Assembly: GCA_041500405.1 (NCBI GenBank) | Contig: JBGQMB010000002.1 | Location: forward strand, 1-51,956 | Direction: 5' to 3' | From: Candidatus Micrarchaeia archaeon | GTDB lineage: Archaea > Micrarchaeota > Micrarchaeia > Anstonellales > J096 | DNA length: 51,956 nucleotides | Shown: positions 8,047-16,551 of the stretch, piece after piece | How positions within the stretch are numbered: position 1 is the stretch's first letter | How the letters are laid out: the number at the start of each line of letters is the position of its first letter | Program-made: the position numbers and the translations under genes | The notes under the pieces: model-generated | What the model was told of the DNA's origin: nothing | Database searches by the model: none | The model's input: the letters and a program-made list of their open reading frames with translations, nothing else

Positions 8047-8559
8047 ATGGACGCAATAATAAGCCTTGACAGCTATGACGACGTGTTCGACGACTTCGAC
8101 ATAAGGCCGTACAAGGAGCGCTCGCTTTCGGCTGACTTCATCAACGTGCTCAACGAAAGGGTGAAAAAGGTGGACTTCGCAAGGGAGATGACGCTCATCC
8201 TCACGATGCCGAAAAAGTCAAGGAACAGGAACCATGAGCGCGCGATAGAGAAGAGGCTCAGGGAGCACTTGGAAAGCGCGGCCAAATACTGGAGCGGAAA
8301 GGCGAAAGACACAAGGAACTCCGGAATATTCTACCTGCTGCTCGGCCTTGCGATATATGTTGCGGGCGGGGTAATCGGAAACGACCTCTACATCGCAAGG
8401 CAGTACCTGCTCATACCGTCCTGGTTCCTGATATGGCACGCGCTGGACCTTATTGTCATGGACATACCCAAGATAAACGCAAAAAGGGACTTCAACAGAT
8501 ACGTGTGCAACGCAAGGATAACATTCAGGGACGCGGAGTACTTCGAGATGTGGTCATGA
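8047..8559 (+). CDS. Membrane protein of unknown function (tandem paralog B)
   Basis: 170 aa. LDSYDDVFDDFDIRPY...ITFRDAEYF parallels paralog A (LDGYDDMFDDFDPQPY...ITFRDEDYF). Confidence 0.65.
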   Translation: MDAIISLDSYDDVFDDFDIRPYKERSLSADFINVLNERVKKVDFAREMTLILTMPKKSRNRNHERAIEKRLREHLESAAKYWSGKAKDTRNSGIFYLLLGLAIYVAGGVIGNDLYIARQYLLIPSWFLIWHALDLIVMDIPKINAKRDFNRYVCNARITFRDAEYFEMWS

Positions 8560-9782
8560 TGGCGATAAGGGACGCGGTTGTGATGTGCGCAGGCAACGGC
8601 TTCGGCCTTTGGCCCATAACCGAAACCGTGGCAAAGCCCATGGTCAAGCTGCTTGGCAAGAGCCTGCTTTTCAGGATACTGGAAGGCCTAAAGGACGCGG
8701 GCATACGCAACGCCCATTTTGTCACAAGCCATTTGGAGGAAAAGGTCATTGCAGAGGCGAGGGTTGACTGCGAAAGGCTCGGCATAAGCCCGTTTTTCAT
8801 TCACCAGAAGAGCAGGCTTGGGACCGCGGATGCGGTAAAAAGCGTTGAGGGCGCCATAAACGGGCCGTTCATCGTTGCGTCGGGGGACCACGTGCTTGAC
8901 ATGGACATCTACAAGGGCGCGGTGAATGCATTTAGCGGAGAAAGCCTGGTTGTGCTCAAAAGGGTGAGGAACCCGTACGCATACGGCGTAGCTGAGGTTG
9001 AAAACGGCGTAATAACAGGGATGATAGAAAAGCCCCAGCAGCCGAAAACGGACTTGGCGAACGTGGGAATCTACATTTTCAACGAAAACATATTCAAGGA
9101 GCTGCGGGGCGTGAGGCTTTCTGTAAGGAATGAGTATGAGATAACCGATATCCTTAAGGGAAAGAGGGCGTTTGTGACAGAAAAATACTGGCTTGACGTT
9201 GGCATGCCATGGATGCTGCTTGAGGCGATGGACTTTTTGTTCTCAATTGAAAAGCCCCGCATGGACGGCGAGATGCGCAAGACAGAAACAGGGAGCGGCA
9301 GGATAATATTGGAGGAGGGCGCTGTTGTCGAGGAATCTGCCATAGAGGGAAACCTCTATCTGGGAAAGAACGCGCGCATGGGCCCGTTCTCGACGATTAG
9401 GGGCAATGTCTGCATAGGCAACAACACCTCCATAATGGAAAACTGCGCAATCACAAGCACCCTGATGGGAAGGGAAAACAATATTGGCGCAGGATGCATT
9501 ATCAGCGACAGCGTGATGGGGAACAGTGTTGACATCGGCGCATCCGCCAAGTTCTCCAGCCAGAAGCTGGACAAGGGGCCTGTGACAATAGAGACCAGGA
9601 AGGGGCCAAAGACCGCGCCTGGAAACTTCGGCGCCGTTGTGGGAGACAACGCCAAGATTGGCATGAACTCCTCCGTGCTTCCGGGAAGGCTGATTGGAAC
9701 CGATGCGTGGATAGCCCCGAACTCTGTTGTCAGCAGGAACGCAGGCATAAAAGAAATGTTCGGATTTGTCAAACAACAGTGA
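8556..9782 (+). CDS. Sugar-phosphate nucleotidyltransferase with C-terminal left-handed beta-helix (GlmU-like bifunctional architecture)
   Basis: The start is taken at the ATG overlapping the upstream stop (ATGA). The N-terminal NTP-transferase fold has KPMVKLLGK, GTADAV, ASGDHV and YGVAEVE..ITGMIEKP. The C-terminus has hexapeptide repeats (IGNNTSI, IGAGCII, IGASAKF, IGMNSSV). The signature loop reads GNGFGLWP instead of the usual GxGTRLxP. Confidence 0.8.
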   Translation: MMAIRDAVVMCAGNGFGLWPITETVAKPMVKLLGKSLLFRILEGLKDAGIRNAHFVTSHLEEKVIAEARVDCERLGISPFFIHQKSRLGTADAVKSVEGAINGPFIVASGDHVLDMDIYKGAVNAFSGESLVVLKRVRNPYAYGVAEVENGVITGMIEKPQQPKTDLANVGIYIFNENIFKELRGVRLSVRNEYEITDILKGKRAFVTEKYWLDVGMPWMLLEAMDFLFSIEKPRMDGEMRKTETGSGRIILEEGAVVEESAIEGNLYLGKNARMGPFSTIRGNVCIGNNTSIMENCAITSTLMGRENNIGAGCIISDSVMGNSVDIGASAKFSSQKLDKGPVTIETRKGPKTAPGNFGAVVGDNAKIGMNSSVLPGRLIGTDAWIAPNSVVSRNAGIKEMFGFVKQQ

Positions 9783-10170
9783 CAAGCACTGTCCTTTCCC
9801 TTGGCCCGTCAAGCTCCACAAGGCAGATGCCCTGCCACCTTCCAAGCGCAAGCGCTCCGCCCTTCACTGGAATTGATTGGCCCTGGCCGATTATCATGGA
9901 CCTTATGTGCGCGTCCGCATTTCCATCTATCTTGTCATGTTTCCAGACTCCTGACGGCACCTGCTTCTTCAGGAAAGCGATGAAATCCTCCTTCAATGAC
10001 GGGTCATAATTCTCGTTCACAAGTATCGCGGCGGTTGCGTGCATCGCATGCACCAGGCATATGCCGTCCTTTGCCCCGGATTTGCGGACTATTGCCGCAA
10101 CGTCCTTTGTTATGTCAATCATCTCTTCCCTTTCCTTTGTTGAAACGCATATCTCTCCAACGAATGCCAT
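9769..10170 (-). CDS. YjbQ/UPF0047 family protein (secondary thiamine-phosphate synthase-like)
   Basis: 133 aa. ITKDV...DGICLVHAMHATAAILVNENYDP...DGNADAHIRSMIIGQGQSIPV..G.LALGRWQGI.LVELDGPRER matches the family pattern. Confidence 0.85.
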   Translation of the reverse strand: MAFVGEICVSTKEREEMIDITKDVAAIVRKSGAKDGICLVHAMHATAAILVNENYDPSLKEDFIAFLKKQVPSGVWKHDKIDGNADAHIRSMIIGQGQSIPVKGGALALGRWQGICLVELDGPRERTVLVTVV

Positions 10171-10220
10171 AAGCCCACCACAACCATTTTAAACACGGCT
10201 GGAATAAAAGAATATCGGTG

Positions 10221-10631
10221 ATGAGAATGAAAACCATAACCATAGTCGAGGAGGACAGGGTGGGGCTGCTTATGGACATTTCCTACATCCTGGGAAAGGA
10301 AAAGATAAACATCGAGAGCATAACGGCAAACTCCGTTGGCGGAAAGGCCATCATCACCTTGACCGTCAGGGACGGGAATGGGGCAAAGAAGACCCTGCTG
10401 AAGAACGGATTCCACATCATAGAAGAGGACATGCTCATGGTTTCCCTGAAGGACAGGCCAGGGGAGCTTGCGACGCTTGCGAAGCTGCTCAAGGACAACA
10501 ACATAAACCTGCAGAACCTGTACATGGTCTCTAAGGACTCAAAGAACACGATCATCGCGATAAAGCCGGACAAGCCCAAGAAGGCCGCTGACATACTCAA
10601 GAGGAATAATTACAGTATAGAGGAGCCTTGA
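10221..10631 (+). CDS. Tandem ACT-domain protein
   Basis: Two ACT-like units (VEEDRVGLLMDISYILGKEKINIESI and LKDRPGELATLAKLLKDNNINLQNL). Confidence 0.75.
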   Translation: MRMKTITIVEEDRVGLLMDISYILGKEKINIESITANSVGGKAIITLTVRDGNGAKKTLLKNGFHIIEEDMLMVSLKDRPGELATLAKLLKDNNINLQNLYMVSKDSKNTIIAIKPDKPKKAADILKRNNYSIEEP

Positions 10632-10712
10632 CCGGACATTTGTTAGCCAAGCGCCTAGCCAAAGCGCTACGCATTTAAATGCCGCATCACAACTATCCAG
10701 CAGGTGCCAAAC

Positions 10713-11444
10713 ATGAAATGGATGATTGCGATTTTGTTTATAGCTGCGATAGCGCTTTTTGGGTGCATCCAGTCGGGAGATGGGGTGCTTGTGGGAAACG
10801 ACAGCGACATTCACGGCTGCAAGGGTTCCGCCGGATACTCGTGGTGCGAATCATTGCAGAAGTGCATACGCGTTTGGGAGGAGAACTGCACTGCCGGCAA
10901 CGGAACCGGCATCGCCAACCCCGCGTCGGTCAATTGCGTGAATAAGGGATACAATCTTACGATAAGGACTGATGCCGAAGGCGGGCAGTATGGCATTTGC
11001 TGGAAGGACGGATACAGTGAATGCGAAGAATGGGCGTTTTACAGGGGCGAGTGCCAAATCGTCGCAATCAATGCTACAGGGCTGGAGCCAAGGGCAGAGG
11101 GCCAGTTCTGCGGCGGGATAGCCGCGATACCGTGCCAGAAAGGCTTGCACTGCAAATTGGACGGAACTTATCCGGATGCAGGCGGGAAGTGCATAAAGGA
11201 TTGCGGCTGCAAGCTTATGACCAACGGAGCCGCGATGGGGTGCTTCGGCTGCGTCTATGTCAAGGAGCTTGGGTCATTCAACTGCACGAGCGCGCCAAAA
11301 GGCTGGCAGGTCTATGAAAAAGAGCCTGGCGCGATAGGCATACCTTATACATGCTACTGCGCAAGTTTCGGACCTGTGCATGCCACAATCAATGGTGTCA
11401 ATACTACATATGCCGCACACGGCGGATGCGAGCTGGCGCAGTGA
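10713..11444 (+). CDS. Secreted Cys-rich lipoprotein-like protein with a DUF333 (putative hemolysin-like) domain
   Basis: Signal/lipobox IALFGC. IANPASVNCVNKGYNLTIRTDAEGGQYGICWKDGYSECEEWAFYRGEC matches the DUF333 pattern. The C-terminal half is also Cys-rich. Confidence 0.75.
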   Translation: MKWMIAILFIAAIALFGCIQSGDGVLVGNDSDIHGCKGSAGYSWCESLQKCIRVWEENCTAGNGTGIANPASVNCVNKGYNLTIRTDAEGGQYGICWKDGYSECEEWAFYRGECQIVAINATGLEPRAEGQFCGGIAAIPCQKGLHCKLDGTYPDAGGKCIKDCGCKLMTNGAAMGCFGCVYVKELGSFNCTSAPKGWQVYEKEPGAIGIPYTCYCASFGPVHATINGVNTTYAAHGGCELAQ

Positions 11445-11486
11445 AAGCCCGATACGATTTTAAAATGGTCGGGGAAGAATGATTGC

Positions 11487-12185
11487 GTGGATTATTCCGA
11501 GCAGATAGAGAGGATGGTCGAGGAGCCCACGTGGCGCTCCATGCTTGCGGAGCTCATAATAAGGCACAAGCTCGACCCATGGGACATAGACATTGACGTG
11601 CTTGCGGAACATTTCATGAAGCGCATAAAGGAGATGAAAAACGACAAGTTCACTGTTCCTGGAAACGTCATACTCGCATGCTCCATCCTGTACAAGTTCA
11701 AGACCCTTATGCTGAGGATAGGCGAAGACGAGGAGCAGCCCATTGACGTCTCCTTTGACATAAACGATGTCAAGGAGCTTTCAGCAAGGCCCGCAAGGAA
11801 AAGGCCCATAACCATCGTTGAGCTGATGAAGGCCATGGAAAAGGCCATGAAGTACGAGCCAAAGATAGAGACCGCGATGGCAACGCAGCCCGGGAATGAC
11901 ATAAAGCACACCATTGACGAGCTTATGGAGGCGGATTACAGCTATGAATATAACGAGGATGACATGTCCTCAAGGCTTGAGGCGATAACGGAAAAGATAA
12001 AGAAGGCCAGGGACAGCGAGGGCATAGCTCTTTTCTCCAGCATAGTGGACGAAAGGGGCGTTGTTTATTCCCTTTTGCCCGTTCTTTTCCTGGCAAACGA
12101 GGGCCTGCTTGACCTCAAGCAGGACAAGATATTCGGCGAGATAATCATAAGATACAAAGATGTGGTTGCAAATGCACGGCCTTAG
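11487..12185 (+). CDS. scpA: Segregation and condensation protein A (kleisin)
   Basis: GTG start. LIIRHKLDPWDIDIDVLAEHFMKRI...NVILACSILYKFK and the C-terminal winged-helix part (VVYSLLPVLFLANEGLLDLKQDKIFGEI). Confidence 0.85.
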   Translation: MDYSEQIERMVEEPTWRSMLAELIIRHKLDPWDIDIDVLAEHFMKRIKEMKNDKFTVPGNVILACSILYKFKTLMLRIGEDEEQPIDVSFDINDVKELSARPARKRPITIVELMKAMEKAMKYEPKIETAMATQPGNDIKHTIDELMEADYSYEYNEDDMSSRLEAITEKIKKARDSEGIALFSSIVDERGVVYSLLPVLFLANEGLLDLKQDKIFGEIIIRYKDVVANARP

Positions 12186-12756
12186 CACAAAGGAGCTTGT
12201 GGAAGCGATACTGTTCTCCGTTCCGGAGCCGTTCAGCGCAGAGGATTTGGCATTCAAGACCGGAAGGAAAACTGGGGATGTCAGGAAGGCGCTGGAGGAG
12301 ATAATTGCGGAATACGCGGCAAGGAACGGCGTCATTGTCATAGAGAGCATAAACAACAAATGCGCGATGATGATAAGGAGGGAAATCGCGCCCTTCCTCC
12401 GCAAATACATAAGGGAGGCGGAGCTCACGCCTTATGAGCTCAAGATGCTCGCGATAATAAGCAAGCACAACGGAATACTGAAGAGCCAGATGGCAAAGGC
12501 CATGGGAAGCGGGGTTTACGACCACATCAGGAGCCTTGTGGAAAAGGGATTTGTCAATGAAATCAGGATAGGCAGGAGCACCTCGCTGAAAACGACGGGC
12601 AAGGTGCCTGAAAAGGTTGCGCAGGCGGCCGGGAAGCCGGCAGAGGCGCAGCAGGAGCAGCCCAAGAGTGAAACGGCAGGCGCAGAAAGCGCCGCCGGGG
12701 CAGAGACAAAGGCAGCCGAATCTGCCCAGCCCACGCAAGAAAATCCGCCTCAATGA
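12172..12756 (+). CDS. scpB: Segregation and condensation protein B
   Basis: Overlaps the scpA end. KELVEAILFSVPEPFSAEDLA....GDVRKALEEI, a second wHTH (ELKMLAIISKHNGILKSQMAK), and a low-complexity A/E/Q tail. Confidence 0.8.
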   Translation: MHGLSTKELVEAILFSVPEPFSAEDLAFKTGRKTGDVRKALEEIIAEYAARNGVIVIESINNKCAMMIRREIAPFLRKYIREAELTPYELKMLAIISKHNGILKSQMAKAMGSGVYDHIRSLVEKGFVNEIRIGRSTSLKTTGKVPEKVAQAAGKPAEAQQEQPKSETAGAESAAGAETKAAESAQPTQENPPQ

Positions 12757-12802
12757 GCCAGCAATAGCCCAATGTTTTAAACTTATTGAGCCATAGCCCA
12801 GC

Positions 12803-14584
12803 ATGGCCGCAAAGGAAATCAGGTGGGGCATTGAAGGGATAATCAAGGACGACAGCGAATTCCATGCCCTTGTGGAAGCCGCAAGGGAGGATGTAAAGAA
12901 GATACAATCGTTCCGCTCCAGCCTTTCCCCGCGCATGCCGATAGAGAAGTTCAAAGAAATAGTAATGCTTGAGGAAAGCCTGCATGAGAAGATTGCGCGG
13001 CTTTCGTCATATGCAGGCCTTATGTCAAGCGCTGACGTGAAATCCCAGCAGGCAATGAAATACGGCTCTTTGCTTGACACCCTTTCCATAGAGATTGCTG
13101 ACGCGGTAAGGTTCGTTTCGCACTGGATGAAGGGAAAGGACGTTGAAGGGATTGAGAAGCTGGATGACGGAAACGCAAAAAGGCTTTTTGCCGCAGTCCC
13201 TGAACTGGAATACAACATGAACTACGGCAGGCTTGCTGCAAGGCACACGCTTTCTGAAAAAGAGGAAAGCATAATACACAAGAAGGAGACAAACGGGATA
13301 GACGTGGTCTCTGAATTGTACAATCAGATAACCAACGACTTCTCGTTCATATTGGAAATCCGCGGAAGGAAAAAGAGGATAAACAACGTTGAAAAGGTCT
13401 CCAGCCTTTTCACAAGCCCGGACAGGGAGACAAGGAAGGCGGCGTATTCCGCCCTGCTTGGGACTTACAGGGAAAACAGGGAAAAGCTGTTCTGCATCTA
13501 TTCGGCAATCGCAAAGGACTGGAGGATAGACTGCGACATGAGGGGGTTTGCGTCGCCGATATCCTCAAGGAACTTCGCCAACCAGGTTCCGGATGGCGCT
13601 GTGGATGCGCTGCTCGAATCATGCGTTGCCAACGCGCCGGTTTTCCACCAGTATTTTCGTGAAAAGGCGCGGATGCTTGGGCTTGAAAAGCTGGAAAGGC
13701 ATGACGTTTATGCGCCGCTGATCAACGAAAAAAAGGAAAACTACTCATACAGCGGCGCAATGAAGACAGTGCTTTCGTGCCTTGGCGAGTTCAGCCCAAG
13801 GTTCAGGGAAAAGGCGGAAATGGCCATAAATGAAGGCCATGTTGACGTTTACCCAAGGGAAAACAAGAGGCACGGCGCATTCTGCGCGGCAATAACCCCG
13901 AAAATCAATCCGTATGTTTTGCTGAACTTCACTGGCAGGAGAAGGGACGTTTTCATACTTGCGCACGAGCTGGGCCATGCGGTGCACGACATATATTCGT
14001 CGCGGCTGCCGATAGGCGCGATGCACGCTTCGCTTCCGCTTGCAGAGACCGCATCAACCCTGAGTGAGCTGGTGCTTTTCGACAAGCTGCTGGAAAAGGC
14101 GGAAGGCGAAAACCGGGCAGGGCTGCTGTCAAACAAGGCCGGGGAAAGCTGGGCAACGATAACGCGGCAGTGCTGGTTCACGGTTTTTGAGAAGGAGGCA
14201 CATAGGAGAATATACGACGAAAACATAAGCGAGGAGGAGCTCAGCAAGCTTTATTATGACACCACTCTGCCGCAGTTCGGGAACAGCGTGAATTTCGGCA
14301 AGGAGTTCAGCCATGAATGGGCATACATAGCGCACATCTTCCATTCCCCGTTCTACTGCTATTCGTACAGCTTCGGGGATTTGCTTTCGTTCGCGCTTTA
14401 TTCAAGGTATAAAAAAGAGGGCAAGGATTTCGTGCCAAGCATAGAGAAAGTGCTCTCAAGCGGCTCAAGCAGGGCGCCTGCTGATGTCCTGCTGGACCTG
14501 GGCTTTGACATAACCAAGAAATCTTTCTGGGATTCGGGGTTTGATGTGCCGAAAGGATGGATAAGCGAGATGGGAAAGCCCTGA
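12803..14584 (+). CDS. pepF: Oligoendopeptidase F-like M3B metallopeptidase
   Basis: 593 aa. HExxH zinc site in ILAHELGHAVHD and a downstream Glu ligand region (LAETASTLSE). Confidence 0.88.
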   Translation: MAAKEIRWGIEGIIKDDSEFHALVEAAREDVKKIQSFRSSLSPRMPIEKFKEIVMLEESLHEKIARLSSYAGLMSSADVKSQQAMKYGSLLDTLSIEIADAVRFVSHWMKGKDVEGIEKLDDGNAKRLFAAVPELEYNMNYGRLAARHTLSEKEESIIHKKETNGIDVVSELYNQITNDFSFILEIRGRKKRINNVEKVSSLFTSPDRETRKAAYSALLGTYRENREKLFCIYSAIAKDWRIDCDMRGFASPISSRNFANQVPDGAVDALLESCVANAPVFHQYFREKARMLGLEKLERHDVYAPLINEKKENYSYSGAMKTVLSCLGEFSPRFREKAEMAINEGHVDVYPRENKRHGAFCAAITPKINPYVLLNFTGRRRDVFILAHELGHAVHDIYSSRLPIGAMHASLPLAETASTLSELVLFDKLLEKAEGENRAGLLSNKAGESWATITRQCWFTVFEKEAHRRIYDENISEEELSKLYYDTTLPQFGNSVNFGKEFSHEWAYIAHIFHSPFYCYSYSFGDLLSFALYSRYKKEGKDFVPSIEKVLSSGSSRAPADVLLDLGFDITKKSFWDSGFDVPKGWISEMGKP

Positions 14585-14674
14585 GGTTTTGTTTCAAAAA
14601 ATATGTTTTTGTGGTTGAAAAAACATTCCCTTTATAATGAAAAACGGGCAAAACGAATTAAACTGGTGTTTTGC

Positions 14675-15853
14675 ATGAATAGCATTGATTATGAAAGATT
14701 GATAATAATACTTGCAGGGATTGTGATTGTCAGCGGGGCAACGCTGCTGGTTTCGGATTTCCTCAGGGGAGGAAGCCAGGCGCAGACCTACATCGTGAGC
14801 TATTCGGACGGCAATTCGACCGCGGTCGGCGTGGCAACGAAGCTTCCGGACGGGACTTACAGGCTGGACAGCGGCAAACTGCTTAGCGCCAGCGCAAACA
14901 ACATTTCAGTCATAAAGGCCGTGGCCTGCGCGAACGCCTCTGTGGCAAGCTGCCAGAAGTGCGAAACGTGCCCGGAGACTGTTGACACTTGCGCAAATAC
15001 AACGAACGCGAACCAGACCCAGGAAACGCCGTCTTGCTTTAGCAACAACGAAAGGTGCAGCTACAGCAAGGAATGCTGCTCAGGATACTGCAACACAAGC
15101 GCAGGAAGGTGCGGCGTGATGCCGTCCTGCTACGGAGTCGGGGAGATGTGCACAGCATCTGCGACAGCCGGCAACGCGCTGAGCTGCTGCAGCGGGCTTT
15201 CCTGCAACCCCAACACCGGGGCTTGCGAGGAACAGTGCAAGGCGATAGGCATTGCGTGCGACAAGGACACCGCGTGCTGCTCAGGATACTGCAATGACGC
15301 AACAAAGAAATGCGACAACAAGAACGTAAGTTACCAGTGCACGTCGCAATACTGCGCCAGCGGAACATTGTACACGTCGTGCCACTGGGACAGTGACATA
15401 TCAAGGTGCGCGTGCAACCAAGCGGCGTGCGACAGCCAGCAGTGCACAAGCGACGGAACTGGATGTGTTGAGAACACCGCATGCACCGAGAACAGGAAGG
15501 ACTGCCAGTCCAGCAGCGACTGCTGCTCAAAATACTGCAACACGACTGCCGGAACATGCGCCGCATACCCGAAATGCGACGCATCCTACTGCGAAAACGG
15601 GGTGTTCTACACCAACTGCGCGTTCAACTTCATGTACAACGGATGCAGCTGCAGCGGCGAATCCATATGCAGCACAGGCAGATGCACTGAAAGCGGAACC
15701 GCATGCGACAAGCAGGCGTGCCCTGAAAGCTACTGCAAGAACGGCGTGCTGTTCTATGAGTGCGCAACAAACGCAAACGGAGGATGTTCGTGCAAGCAGA
15801 GCGCATGCCCAAGCCAGCAGTGCAACGTGGACGGGTGGACGTGCGCAGAGTAG
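14675..15853 (+). CDS. Membrane-anchored extracellular Cys-rich protein with repeated knottin-like units
   Basis: The start is taken at MNSIDYERLIIILAGIVIVSGATLLV (TM anchor). It has four C-x6-C-x5(11)-CC-x3(4)-C-x6-C units and three 8-Cys modules; see findings. Confidence 0.75.
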   Translation: MNSIDYERLIIILAGIVIVSGATLLVSDFLRGGSQAQTYIVSYSDGNSTAVGVATKLPDGTYRLDSGKLLSASANNISVIKAVACANASVASCQKCETCPETVDTCANTTNANQTQETPSCFSNNERCSYSKECCSGYCNTSAGRCGVMPSCYGVGEMCTASATAGNALSCCSGLSCNPNTGACEEQCKAIGIACDKDTACCSGYCNDATKKCDNKNVSYQCTSQYCASGTLYTSCHWDSDISRCACNQAACDSQQCTSDGTGCVENTACTENRKDCQSSSDCCSKYCNTTAGTCAAYPKCDASYCENGVFYTNCAFNFMYNGCSCSGESICSTGRCTESGTACDKQACPESYCKNGVLFYECATNANGGCSCKQSACPSQQCNVDGWTCAE

Positions 15854-15871
15854 ATATCAGAGCGCAATGAA

Positions 15872-15890
15872 AACGGCAGCGAATGCCGTT
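15872..15890. terminator. Hairpin between convergent genes
   Basis: AACGGCA-gcgaa-TGCCGTT (7-bp stem) followed by AATTTTCTATTTT. Confidence 0.5.
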
Positions 15891-15896
15891 AATTTT

Positions 15897-16463
15897 CTAT
15901 TTTGAAAGGCCCAGAATGCTTTTTAGCAAAACCGGCAGCTTCTTTATGCCGTCATCGCCGCTGAAGTGCCCCATGTTGTGCTTGACTAACACTTTGGCGT
16001 TCAGGTTATTTTTGAAGAAGTCGGCATAATGGGGCGAAACATAAGGGTCATTGTCGGAATGGATTGCAACAAATTTCCTGCAATGGGACCTTATCTTTTT
16101 CCAATCTATCGGTTTCGTGAAGAAGCTGCCCAATTCCTCGAAGCCAAGGTTCGATGTGAATCCCGCGACCAGCACAACCCCGCCGACTTTTTCGTTGCGC
16201 TTAAGCGTCTCAAGATATCTCAATATCGTTATGCAGCCCAGGCTGTGGCCCGTAAGATAGCAATCCTTGTCCGGGGTTTTGACAATTTTTGCCAAATGGC
16301 TTAACCAGGGATTCATTTTCGGGTGTTTTGTGTCCGGCATTGCCGGAACGGACACGTTGAATCCTCTCTTTTCCAGCTCATCCTTTAGCCACGGCCTCCA
16401 TCCTTCTTTGGGAGACCCTTCCCAGCCATGTATGACAAAAACCCGCTTTTTCATATGCTTCAA
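15897..16463 (-). CDS. YdeN/RBBP9-like alpha/beta serine hydrolase
   Basis: 188 aa. VFVIHGW...GHSLGC nucleophile elbow, then SDNDPYV and GHF (Asp/His of the triad). Confidence 0.82.
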   Translation of the reverse strand: MKHMKKRVFVIHGWEGSPKEGWRPWLKDELEKRGFNVSVPAMPDTKHPKMNPWLSHLAKIVKTPDKDCYLTGHSLGCITILRYLETLKRNEKVGGVVLVAGFTSNLGFEELGSFFTKPIDWKKIRSHCRKFVAIHSDNDPYVSPHYADFFKNNLNAKVLVKHNMGHFSGDDGIKKLPVLLKSILGLSK

Positions 16464-16478
16464 CCCCGTTTTGCGATT

Positions 16479-16551
16479 TAGCCCCGCCCGGATTCGAACC
16501 GGGGTCCCCAGGTCCAGAGCCTGGTATCCTTAACCGCTAGACTACGGGGCT
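16479..16551 (-). tRNA. tRNA-Gln (anticodon CUG)
   Basis: Folded by hand. Acceptor AGCCCCG/CGGGGCT, D stem GTCT/GGAT, anticodon arm CCAGG-CTCTGGA-CCTGG, T arm CCCGG-TTCGAAT-CCGGG, discriminator A. 73 nt, no encoded CCA. Confidence 0.88.

Noticed and set aside
8433-8555. Upstream extensions of the GlmU-like gene (8433), the NFACT gene (18770), the korB gene (25343), the ArsR gene (37340) and ORF 41180.
   Set aside because: The extensions overlap the preceding genes or a conserved intergenic element. Family N-termini begin at the internal ATGs, which show coupling overlaps (ATGA/TGATG) or correctly spaced A/T boxes.
15039-15905. Multiple overlapping ORFs in other frames and on the other strand across the Cys-rich gene (for example 15039-15584 minus and 15393-15905 plus).
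   Set aside because: They are by-products of the repetitive TGC/AGC-rich codon pattern. Only the +2-frame product from 14675 has a TM anchor and regular cysteine spacing.
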